A model generated the notes under the pieces. It worked only from the letters and a program-made list of their open reading frames with translations. It made no database searches and was not told where the DNA came from. Both the position numbers and the translations under genes were made by a program. DNA of 52,885 nucleotides, taken from the IMG/VR virus record IMGVR_UViG_3300033144_005399, positions 1 through 52,885 of that record. The stretch is one strand, 5' to 3'. Shown here one piece after another: positions 32,062 to 40,720 of the stretch. Within the stretch, counting starts at the first letter, position 1. Each line of letters opens with the position of its first letter. Source of the DNA: a virus. Taxonomy: Duplodnaviria > Caudoviricetes.

Positions 32062-32465
32062 GCGGGGACGCCCATCGCGGCGACCACGACGTCGCGTATT
32101 ACGAAGCTGCGATCGAGAACACGGTCGCGCTGGTCGCGACGGTCGGCAGCCTGACCGAGACACCGGATGACGGTGGCGCGCTGCCGCCCGGCCGCTACCT
32201 CATCCAGGCGCTCGCTCTCGCCGACGATCAGGTCGTGTGGGTACACGTCGGGAAGTTCGTGAAGGGCACGGCGCTCGCGCCTGGGGCCCCTACCGCGGCG
32301 GGGGAGAAACGCTTCCCGCTCACGGCGACCATCGTCGCCATCGAGACCCACTGTTTGGCCGGATACTCTGATCGCATCGCGGCTCAGGTGAGCACGGGCG
32401 CGAACGTCACGCTCTACATCTCGCGCGTCTCGACGCAGGTTCAGAAGAGCAATCAGAGGGCGTAG
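32058..32465 (+). CDS. Small putative virion protein (paralogue of 31080..31430)
   Basis: GTGA overlap. GALPPGRYLIQ...RFPL...DRIAA...TLYISRVS. Confidence 0.7.
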   Translation: MSGDAHRGDHDVAYYEAAIENTVALVATVGSLTETPDDGGALPPGRYLIQALALADDQVVWVHVGKFVKGTALAPGAPTAAGEKRFPLTATIVAIETHCLAGYSDRIAAQVSTGANVTLYISRVSTQVQKSNQRA

Positions 32466-32782
32466 TGCTGACGCGCGGGTACACGGCGGGCGGGCTGAGC
32501 AGCGACGCGCACGAGAACCTCGACACGTTGGTACACAAGCTCGCGGAGACGAGCGAGACGGAGCTGTTCTACGCGGGGGGTGATCTCACGCGGCTGACGG
32601 TGTGGCAGACGGCTGCGCGGCTGATCAAAGTGCGGGAGTACATCCTCACCTACGGCGCCGGGGATCTGACAGACGCGGTGATCACGCAGCACGATGAGGT
32701 CGGCGTCGTGGTTCAGACTTTGACGAAGGCGTTCATCTACGCGGGCGGGGATCTGGTCACCGTCACCACGGTGGAGACGTAG
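32465..32782 (+). CDS. Small protein with internal Y(A/G)(G/A)GDL repeats
   Basis: FYAGGDLT, TYGAGDLT and IYAGGDLV. Confidence 0.65.
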   Translation: MLTRGYTAGGLSSDAHENLDTLVHKLAETSETELFYAGGDLTRLTVWQTAARLIKVREYILTYGAGDLTDAVITQHDEVGVVVQTLTKAFIYAGGDLVTVTTVET

Positions 32783-32786
32783 CGCC

Positions 32787-33692
32787 ATGTTTCCAGAGGC
32801 AGGTTGGAAACACACACGACAGGTGGGCGGGGTCGCGAATAACGAGACTCCCGATTTCCACGGGCGCACGCCCGCGAACATTATCAGCGGAGCGAAGGCC
32901 AACTACACCGCGGGGAACATCGCCACGGTCTCGGTGCAAGACGGCAACTGGGTCAACAATCTCAACTCGATCACGCTCGCCACGACGCGACGGCAGAACG
33001 CCATGTTCCGGTTCGACATCACGGCGCCCGGCACGCTGATCACGATGAGCAACTTCGTCGACTTCTCTCACGTCGTCGAAGGCACGCAGCGGAACCACAC
33101 GATCAAAACCTACGTGTGGAACGTCAACACGCTTGCTTGGGTGGAGCTTGCGTCGCACGGCGGGTTCGGCACGCCGCGCTCGATGAGCGGTCCGGTCACT
33201 GCGCCGTTCACCGATTACGTGGACGGAACAAACAAGTGCTACATCCTGATCTGGGATTACGAGGGCACGTACAATAGCGGTGGGACCGGGTGCGTTCGCG
33301 AGGGCTCGACGATCCAGACGCCGAGCGGGCCCGTGCTGGTCTCCAAGCTCAACCCCGGCGACCGGATACTGTCATGGGAGATGGGTAATCTCATCGAGGC
33401 GCTCGTGCATGAGGTCACGCATCACTACGAGGAGCTTTGGAGAATGTTCACCCTCACGACGTCGGCCGGAGTCGCGGTGGTGACGCACAATCACATCATC
33501 GAAACGGAGGCGGGCGACAAGGCCGCGGAGGATCTGACGCTAGACGACAGGATGCTGAGCTTGGCTGGTGTGTGGACGCCCATCGTTTCCATCGAAAGCG
33601 TCGAGGAGTCGTGCCACGTGTACGACGTCCAAGGACGTTGCCCCAACTTTTTTGTCGGCGACGGCATCGGCGTGAACGTGATGCAGACATGA
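32787..33692 (+). CDS. Putative virion protein with a C-terminal Hint (intein-like) domain
   Basis: SGGTG|CVREGSTIQTPSG (Cys codon at 33291), LNPGDRILS, VTHNH and VYDVQ..NFFV. No terminal HN and no C-extein. Confidence 0.8.
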   Translation: MFPEAGWKHTRQVGGVANNETPDFHGRTPANIISGAKANYTAGNIATVSVQDGNWVNNLNSITLATTRRQNAMFRFDITAPGTLITMSNFVDFSHVVEGTQRNHTIKTYVWNVNTLAWVELASHGGFGTPRSMSGPVTAPFTDYVDGTNKCYILIWDYEGTYNSGGTGCVREGSTIQTPSGPVLVSKLNPGDRILSWEMGNLIEALVHEVTHHYEELWRMFTLTTSAGVAVVTHNHIIETEAGDKAAEDLTLDDRMLSLAGVWTPIVSIESVEESCHVYDVQGRCPNFFVGDGIGVNVMQT

Positions 33693-34453
33693 GCTTGTGG
33701 GGTAAGTCGCTGCTCGACGCGTGGCGTCTCTTCGGGGACGGCAAGCTGGGCCAAGAGATCACGGCGAAGAATCTCTACCGCTGGACCACGAAGATCGGCG
33801 ACGTGGTGGTGGATGACGGCGAGTACACGTTTTTCGAGTACCTCTTTCCGCGGGCTCTCGTCGGCATGTGGGGTCTGTTTGATTTGGTGATCGCGTTGGC
33901 GATTCTGGACTGCGAGCTGTCCGTGGACCGGCAGCGCACGTGGGACATGCTGCACGTGGGCGCAGGGTCGGGCCGCCTCACGAGCGCCGTCTCCTCATGG
34001 AAGGCGCCGCTCCGGTGCTACTCCATCGACAACGACCCCAGCGCGATCACGCTCATGGAGGCGCGCGACGTTCCGTGCGAGTGGATGGACGCGCACGACA
34101 TGAGCGCGTTCGCCGACGACAGCTTTCCCCTCGTCGTGATCTCATTCTGGATGATCAGTCAGAGCACGGACATCGAGACCCTGATCGCGGAATGTGCGCG
34201 CGTCGCGTCCGAGAAGGTGATCGTGGCCGGTTGGTTCGCCAAGGGGCTCGGGCACGAGAGGCCCGTCAAGGTGGTCGAAACGATGACCGACTGGCAGGGC
34301 AACACGGAGGACTACTCGACTACGGCGTGGCATCGAGATCACGTACTCAGGCTGTTCGCGGCAGAGTCGATGAAGCCTACGGTAACGCGGACTTTTCTGA
34401 CGTTGGATGCTAAGCCCGACGAAATCTCATGGCTCGTAGAGGTAGGGTTCTAG
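33689..34453 (+). CDS. Class I SAM-dependent methyltransferase
   Basis: ATGA overlap. MLHVGAGSG (motif I), YSIDND, MDAHDM..FADDSFPLVV and ECARV. Confidence 0.8.
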   Translation: MSLWGKSLLDAWRLFGDGKLGQEITAKNLYRWTTKIGDVVVDDGEYTFFEYLFPRALVGMWGLFDLVIALAILDCELSVDRQRTWDMLHVGAGSGRLTSAVSSWKAPLRCYSIDNDPSAITLMEARDVPCEWMDAHDMSAFADDSFPLVVISFWMISQSTDIETLIAECARVASEKVIVAGWFAKGLGHERPVKVVETMTDWQGNTEDYSTTAWHRDHVLRLFAAESMKPTVTRTFLTLDAKPDEISWLVEVGF

Positions 34454-34454
34454 T

Positions 34455-36236
34455 GTGTCGGTCGGAAGTAACTCCAATCTTCGGATCTGGTACGAGACGC
34501 TCACGCTCATGTTCCCATCGCTCGTGTCGGCGGGCGCGCTGCTACGGAAGAGGGAGACGGATACCGTGCTAGTTGCTGGAGCTGTGCGAGACCTGATCGC
34601 CGTGGTGCACGCCACCGACGGCAGCCAGTTCACCGCTGCGACGTTCGGCGTGGTGCGCCTGGAGCAGCCGGGTGACGCAGCCGACGGTTGGTATTGGAAC
34701 GAGACTACGGTGGCGTGGGCGGCAGCGCTGACGGTCAATCAAGTCGCCACGCACTTGGAGGCGGGGCAACATCTCTACCTTCTTCCCGCCGCCGCGACGA
34801 CCGGCCGGGCTGGCGCGATCATTCATTTCACGTTCACCGACCACATGACCGAGGCGACGGCGACGACTGTCTGCACGGGCGGCGAGCATCTCGTCGTGAC
34901 CGACCCGCTCGACGGTCCGGTCGCGCACGACGCGCAGCTCATCACCACGCACGGCGCGGGGAGCTGGCAACAGGTGATCGCGACGGGGCAACTGAACGAG
35001 GTGCCCAACGCGAGCAGCGTGGTCACGACGGGAACGGTCGCGTCCGGCACCTACGCCAGCACGGCTTTGCTCGACGGTGTGTACTGGCAGATCCAAGACG
35101 ACACCGGTGAGATCGAAATGTATTTCGAGTTCCTCATCGCGGCCGATGGCGTCCCGGTGTCGGTGTCGCACGAGGGGCGGCTCTCTGGTGCGGGCGATGA
35201 CCTCGATGTGTTCGCCTACAACTGGCTCGGCACCGCGTGGGAACAGATCGGAACCTTGCTGGGCAAGAACTCGCCCGCCGATGAGGTGACCTCGTTTGCG
35301 CTGTTCTCTCAGCACGTCGGGGCCGGGGCGAACCTCGGCAAGGTCCGCGTTCGCTTCTACACCGCGGCCGGTCTGACCACGGCGAACTTCTATTCCGATC
35401 AGGTGATCCTGAGCTACGCCGTGATCAACCGCAGCGTGGGTTACGCCGATGGTGCCATCTGGGTCGACACCGCGAACGGCGCTGCGGGCTCGACCCCGTT
35501 CATCAACGGCGTCGCCGACAACCCGGTGCTCACTTGGGCCGACGCTCTGCTGCTCTCGGCAGCTCTCGGCATTCGACGCTTCAGAGTCGCGGGCGGGAGC
35601 ACGATCACGCTCACCGCGAACAGCGACGCTTTCCAGATCATCGGCGCGGAGTACACCTTGAATCTGGGCGGGCAGTCGATCGCCGCTGCCTTCATTCAGG
35701 GAGCGACTGTCGCGGGCATAAGCGCGGGGCTCGACGCGCGGTTCATCGGATGCCGGATCGGCACGACCAGCCTGACGCAGTGCGGGATGGGTGGCTGCGC
35801 GATCACCGATGTAATCACGCTTCTGTCGGCGGGGCCGTACATCCTCGACGCCTGTTTCAGTGCGGTCGCTGGGGTCGGGTCTCCCGTGGTCGACTTCGGC
35901 GCGGCGGTCGGCGACACGCAGCTCAACGTGCGACACTGGTCGGGAGGCATCGAAGTGCGGAACATGAACGCGGCCGGTACCGATACGATGAGCTTGGAAG
36001 GGGAGGGGCAGCTCATCCTCGCCGCGAGCTGCGTCGGCGGAACGATCGCGGTGCGAGGGGAGTTCACTCTTACCGACAACGCGGGCGGAGCGGTGGCGCT
36101 CTCCGACGACGCGCGGCTGACGCGCTCGGAGCTGGCCGACGCGATTTGGGATGAGCCGCACGCGGGGCACTTCGCGGCCGGGACGTTCGGATCGCTCGTG
36201 CGCTTGATTCGCGCGTGGCTGGGGCTCTCAGGGTGA
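34455..36236 (+). CDS. Putative virion appendage/fibre-like protein (593 aa)
   Basis: Ala/Gly/Thr-rich, with a possible beta-helix-like C-terminal half and a LADAIWDE motif near the end. Function not assignable. Confidence 0.55.
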   Translation: MSVGSNSNLRIWYETLTLMFPSLVSAGALLRKRETDTVLVAGAVRDLIAVVHATDGSQFTAATFGVVRLEQPGDAADGWYWNETTVAWAAALTVNQVATHLEAGQHLYLLPAAATTGRAGAIIHFTFTDHMTEATATTVCTGGEHLVVTDPLDGPVAHDAQLITTHGAGSWQQVIATGQLNEVPNASSVVTTGTVASGTYASTALLDGVYWQIQDDTGEIEMYFEFLIAADGVPVSVSHEGRLSGAGDDLDVFAYNWLGTAWEQIGTLLGKNSPADEVTSFALFSQHVGAGANLGKVRVRFYTAAGLTTANFYSDQVILSYAVINRSVGYADGAIWVDTANGAAGSTPFINGVADNPVLTWADALLLSAALGIRRFRVAGGSTITLTANSDAFQIIGAEYTLNLGGQSIAAAFIQGATVAGISAGLDARFIGCRIGTTSLTQCGMGGCAITDVITLLSAGPYILDACFSAVAGVGSPVVDFGAAVGDTQLNVRHWSGGIEVRNMNAAGTDTMSLEGEGQLILAASCVGGTIAVRGEFTLTDNAGGAVALSDDARLTRSELADAIWDEPHAGHFAAGTFGSLVRLIRAWLGLSG

Positions 36237-36325
36237 CGGCGAGCGGAGGCAGTGACTTGGGTGACAACGGAACAGGGCAGCATCGTCTCCCCGGTTACGT
36301 GGACGACGAGCAGAGGAGCAAGCCG

Positions 36326-36820
36326 ATGAGGAAACAGCGCGACTCTGATCCGGTGCCCGCGCATCTGAAGAAGACGAAGGCGGTCGTCGACTTCCTAAAG
36401 TACGTGATCGCGCTCGTCATCGGGATCGCTGCGCTCGGGTGGATGGGGCACGAGTACATCGGGCAGTTCCAGACCACGGAAGAGGCGGAGGCGGCAGCGA
36501 CGGCTGTGGCAATCGAGCGCGCTTCATCGCACGAGCATGTGCAGATCGCGATCGACGAGAACGGTGACGCGATCAGGAACGTGCGCATCCACGGCGTGCG
36601 CATCGAGCTAGAGCAGCGGAGCACGAACGATCGCCTCGACCAGCTCCTCGCGCTCCAGAGGGCGGATACCCGTGCGGAGCGCCGCGATGCAGAGCGCCGT
36701 GTCGATGAGCTTCAGCGCCGCATCGAGCGCCGCGAGCGCGTCATCCGAAACCCGGTCGCCTTGCAGCGGGTGGCGGATCAGGTCGAGGATGATCCACTAT
36801 CAGGGCTGGACGGACTATGA
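36326..36820 (+). CDS. Single-TM, coiled-coil membrane protein (possibly lysis-related)
   Basis: GAGGAG RBS. Hydrophobic FLKYVIALVIGIAALGWMG followed by a charged helical region. Confidence 0.6.
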   Translation: MRKQRDSDPVPAHLKKTKAVVDFLKYVIALVIGIAALGWMGHEYIGQFQTTEEAEAAATAVAIERASSHEHVQIAIDENGDAIRNVRIHGVRIELEQRSTNDRLDQLLALQRADTRAERRDAERRVDELQRRIERRERVIRNPVALQRVADQVEDDPLSGLDGL

Positions 36821-37920
36821 CTGCGAACACGATCCCCATCACGACCGTCGAGAATGCGAACGCACCGGCGATCAGCGCGGGTGCGCTCGGCACGTGCATC
36901 ACGGTATCCGTCAATGACGACAACGTGGCCGAGGTCATCGATTGCGGCTTCGATCGGCTCATCCTCGAACGCTCTCAGAACGGGGGCCTGAGCTGGGCCG
37001 AGATCACGCTGCCGAGCGAGCGCGGCGTGCTGGAAGCTGCCACGACGGAGTACAAGCTCGTCGACCGCAGAGGCGACGCCGCGTACTCGTACCGCACGCG
37101 GTACATGGCGAGCGCGGGCGCACTGAAGGGTGAGTGCAGCGACCCGAGCGAAGCCATCGCGGGCGAGGGGCTCGCGCTGCGTTCGCTGCTCACCGTGCCC
37201 GAGCTGAAGAACCGCTACTTCTTCGGCGTCGACATCACTGACGACGCAGGCAACCCGCTCACGAACGCGACGTTCCGGCACTACATCCTCACGGCGATCC
37301 GGTGGCTGGAGCACCAGCTCGACATTCCGATCCTGCCGACCTCGTTCTGCGAGTTTCACGACTACTACCGAAACGACTACGACGCATTCCAGTTCATCCA
37401 GCTCGACAACTACCCGCTGATCTCCGTGGAGGAGTTCCGCGTGCAGTATCCGTCGGGGCAGAATGTGATCGTGTTCCCGCAGGAATGGCTGCGCTTGAAC
37501 CTGCCCGAAGGGCACGTGCAGATCGTTCCGACAGCGGGCACGCTGAGCGAGATACTCGTCGGGCAAGGCGGCTCGTTCTTGCCCGCGATTTACAACGGCC
37601 TGTCGTACCTCCCGCAGCTCTTCCAGCTTCAGTACACGGCGGGCTTCGAAGACGGCAAGGTGCCGAGGAACATCATCGACGTGATCGGGAAGTTCGCGTC
37701 GCTCGGACCGTTCGACATCTTCGGCGACCTCATCGTCGGCGCGGGCATCGCGACGCTCTCGCTGTCGATGGACGGGCTCTCGCAAACCATCGGCTCAACT
37801 TCGTCGGCTACGAACGCCGGCTACGGGGCACGCGTAATCCAATACACTCGGTATATAAAGGATCAAATCCCGTTGCTCCGCCGCTACTACAAGCGACCCG
37901 GAAGGATGGTCGTGGCGTAG
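36817..37920 (+). CDS. Head-tail adaptor/neck protein
   Basis: YFFGVDITD..G, LEHQLDIPILP, YTAGF and GAGIA..SLSMDGLSQTI..TSSA..AGYGA resemble SPO1/Twort-type neck proteins. Confidence 0.78.
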   Translation: MTANTIPITTVENANAPAISAGALGTCITVSVNDDNVAEVIDCGFDRLILERSQNGGLSWAEITLPSERGVLEAATTEYKLVDRRGDAAYSYRTRYMASAGALKGECSDPSEAIAGEGLALRSLLTVPELKNRYFFGVDITDDAGNPLTNATFRHYILTAIRWLEHQLDIPILPTSFCEFHDYYRNDYDAFQFIQLDNYPLISVEEFRVQYPSGQNVIVFPQEWLRLNLPEGHVQIVPTAGTLSEILVGQGGSFLPAIYNGLSYLPQLFQLQYTAGFEDGKVPRNIIDVIGKFASLGPFDIFGDLIVGAGIATLSLSMDGLSQTIGSTSSATNAGYGARVIQYTRYIKDQIPLLRRYYKRPGRMVVA

Positions 37921-38768
37921 TGGCTGCGCGGAAGATCAAAGCGCCGACTCCGCGCGTGGAGTCTGACCGCATCGTCGTGGTGCCTCCGACGATCGCGGAC
38001 AAGGATACCGACGAGCCGCTGCCGCCGCTCGGCAAGGTGCGTTCGGACTTCAGGCCCGAAGAGTTCGTCCGCGTCCTGAACCAGCACGGGAAGTACGTCA
38101 TCTGGCGCAAGGCGCTGCTCTGCCCGTGTCTGAACGAAGACACCGGGCAAGCGTCGCTCGTCTGCACGGACTGTGACGGCAGCGGCTACCTCTACATCGA
38201 TCCTGTCGACATTCGCGCGCACATGGCGCAGTTCGACAAGTCGACGAAGATCTACGAGAAGTTCGGGCTCTGGCAGGAAGGCAGCGTTTCCGTCACCGTC
38301 GAGCCGAAGTACCGGCTCGGGTACCGCGACTCGATCGAGATGAAGGACTCGCTCATGTCCTTCAATGAGCTGCTGAAGAAGAATAACCGCAGGGGTATCC
38401 GATCGAAGCTCCCGGCCGGTGTCGACTCTGCGCGCTACCGCATCACGAACCTCACGAAGATGATCTACCGCGACGTGGCGAGCGGGCTCATCATCGCGCT
38501 GGAAGGCGGGACGCATTTCACAGTCACGAAGGACGGGTGGATCGAGTGGACCGCGAGCGGCAACACGCAGGTTCCCGCGGGCACCTTTCTCAGCGTGCAC
38601 TACGACTTCCATCCCGTGTTCCTGATCGAGAGCTGGCCGCACGCGACGCGTGACGATGTGAGCGGTCGCAAGAGCACGACGCCGCGCGTGATAAGCCTCC
38701 CGCTTCAAGCGATGGGCAAGCTCGACTTTCTCACGGACGTGAACGCGCCGGTGACGGGGGCCGTGTGA
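37920..38768 (+). CDS. Neck/head-closure protein with Cys cluster
   Basis: GTG overlaps the upstream TAG. WRKALLCPC..CTDCDGSG, typical of the second neck gene in this architecture. The track's 37302 start is a spurious extension. Confidence 0.75.
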   Translation: MAARKIKAPTPRVESDRIVVVPPTIADKDTDEPLPPLGKVRSDFRPEEFVRVLNQHGKYVIWRKALLCPCLNEDTGQASLVCTDCDGSGYLYIDPVDIRAHMAQFDKSTKIYEKFGLWQEGSVSVTVEPKYRLGYRDSIEMKDSLMSFNELLKKNNRRGIRSKLPAGVDSARYRITNLTKMIYRDVASGLIIALEGGTHFTVTKDGWIEWTASGNTQVPAGTFLSVHYDFHPVFLIESWPHATRDDVSGRKSTTPRVISLPLQAMGKLDFLTDVNAPVTGAV

Positions 38769-39562
38769 GGGTCAAAGTGAACCTCACGCCCGTGGCCGCG
38801 ACCATCCTCGCGGCGCTGCCGGTGAGCGCTGACCGCGCGCGGATCATCAAGGGGCTCGGTGCGGCCGCGATGGATCACTGGAAGCGGCTCGGGCGCGAGC
38901 GCCTGCGCTCGTCGTCGCAGGATTACCGCAAGGGACTTCAGTACCGCGAGTCGGGCGGCAAGGCGTACATCATCCTCGTCGGCCGCCTCGCGAACATGGT
39001 CGAGAACGGGTGGTCCGGCGGCGACATGCGCGACTGGATGCTCAGCGGTCCCGGTGTGCGCATCGGGAAGAAGGGCCCGTACCGGAACGTGAAGTTCCAG
39101 CACGGCACCCCCGGCACGACCGGGCGCAACGTAGGGCCCGTGGTGCCGCAGGCGATATACGCGCCGATGAAACGGCTGGAAGCGACGCTCTCGCGACCGG
39201 GCAAAGCCGTGGGCAAGGTCGGGGCGGAGACGACCGTGTGGGGCGAACGGCTGCACCCGGCGATGCCGATGAAGGACAAGGCGCGGCGGGTTCTAGAGCG
39301 CAAAGAGCGACCGTGGCACGCCACGTCGGTCTACACCGCGATGGTGCGTCACGGTCAGCACGAGAGCGATGGTAAGGGCGGCCACAAGATCTCAACCGCT
39401 GGATACTCGTCGTGGCGGCGCATCTCGCGCTTCAAGCCGAAGGGTGAGCGTCGCAACAGTTGGCTGCACGGCGGCATCAAGCCGGGCAAGTTCCTCGCGA
39501 AGGAAGTGCAGTCGCACATCGAGAGCCTCGCGTTTGGGATCGTCACGAAGGCCACGCGATGA
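38765..39562 (+). CDS. Basic neck/tail-completion protein
   Basis: Position, plus LANMVENG..DMR and WRRIS..SWLHGG motifs. Confidence 0.65.
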   Translation: MRVKVNLTPVAATILAALPVSADRARIIKGLGAAAMDHWKRLGRERLRSSSQDYRKGLQYRESGGKAYIILVGRLANMVENGWSGGDMRDWMLSGPGVRIGKKGPYRNVKFQHGTPGTTGRNVGPVVPQAIYAPMKRLEATLSRPGKAVGKVGAETTVWGERLHPAMPMKDKARRVLERKERPWHATSVYTAMVRHGQHESDGKGGHKISTAGYSSWRRISRFKPKGERRNSWLHGGIKPGKFLAKEVQSHIESLAFGIVTKATR

Positions 39563-40380
39563 CGAATCGGAAGGAGCGATTGCTGCGCAACCTCGGGGGC
39601 ACGTTCGAGCAGACCGACGAGCGCGCGCAGCCGTTCTTCGACGGCCCGATACAGACCGAGATGCGCACGTCGGTCGTCATGGCCGAGCGCATTCTCCTCG
39701 CGGTGCTTCGCTCCGAAGTGGCGCGGCTGTCGGCGGATACTGACGAGGCCCGTGGCGAGCTGACCCGCATCTTCAGCCACATCTTCGATCCGACCATCGG
39801 CGCGACCGAGCGCGCGTCGTTCGTGACTGACTTCCAACGGCGGCCCCCGACGACGGTCCTGGGGTACCCGCGGACCACCACGGAGATGCCCTGTTTCGCG
39901 ATGACGCTGGAGAACGACGAGGAGGGCGAGGCCCCGATCCTCGGGAAGTACGTCGGGCAGACGCTCGAAGGCGAAGACCCTCCGGGCGGCGAGGACGCGG
40001 AGTACGAGGGCGCGTTCTTCGACCAGACCTACGGTATCTACGTCTACGCGCAGCACGCGGATCAGTGCGCGTACCTCTACCAGTTCGGCAAGCTGCTGCT
40101 CTTCGGCGCGCGACAGGCTTTGGAGGCGGCGGGGATCATCGACCCGACCTACTCCGGCGGAGAGCTGACGCCCGAGGAGATGTACCTGCCCGAAAATCTG
40201 TACGCGCGAGTGCTGCGCGTCCGCGCGAAAACCTTGATGACGGTGCCCCGTTTGCTCCTCCATCGGGACGGGAGACGGCTCCGCGCAACTGGTATCTTCA
40301 TGAAAGATGTCGTAGTAGATGGGATGCGCGGCGGTGTGACACCCTACGCCGAGGTACCGGGAGATGAGAGCGATGGCTAG
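39559..40380 (+). CDS. Tail terminator/completion protein
   Basis: ATGA overlap. VLGYPR motif. Position just before the sheath. Confidence 0.6.
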   Translation: MTNRKERLLRNLGGTFEQTDERAQPFFDGPIQTEMRTSVVMAERILLAVLRSEVARLSADTDEARGELTRIFSHIFDPTIGATERASFVTDFQRRPPTTVLGYPRTTTEMPCFAMTLENDEEGEAPILGKYVGQTLEGEDPPGGEDAEYEGAFFDQTYGIYVYAQHADQCAYLYQFGKLLLFGARQALEAAGIIDPTYSGGELTPEEMYLPENLYARVLRVRAKTLMTVPRLLLHRDGRRLRATGIFMKDVVVDGMRGGVTPYAEVPGDESDG

Positions 40381-40699
40381 AGGCAGGCGAGGACGCGCCA
40401 CGGTCGAGGTCGAGGAGCCTTCAGAAGCCCCTCAGACGGCTCCGAGCCCCGAGGTGGGCGAGGACACACCCGAGGTCGCCCCCGCGGCCCCTGCGCCTGC
40501 TCAGGCGGCAGCAGCCCGTCGTGGCCGCGCCCGAGGTCCCCAGGAGATCGGCGCTCGTCGTTTCTTCGGCGCTCGCATCGGTCAAGACCCCATCGTGCGA
40601 GCGTTCGTGTCGGTCGACAAATCCGAGCACGGCAACCGAAAACTGTCCCGCGAAGAGTGGGTCAAGGCGTACCAGAGCTTCTGCTCTGCCCCCCGTTGA
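40364..40699 (+). CDS. Small hypothetical protein preceding the sheath
   Basis: Start at 40364 or 40373. C-terminal SREEWVKAYQSF. Confidence 0.6.
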   Translation: MRAMARGRRGRATVEVEEPSEAPQTAPSPEVGEDTPEVAPAAPAPAQAAAARRGRARGPQEIGARRFFGARIGQDPIVRAFVSVDKSEHGNRKLSREEWVKAYQSFCSAPR

Positions 40700-40720
40700 T
40701 CTGAGGAGAAGGATACCCGA

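Noticed and set aside
33689-34453. This methyltransferase as the enzyme for GGATACY
   Set aside because: It lacks DPPY/NPPY or PC catalytic motifs and looks like a small-molecule or protein class I methyltransferase.
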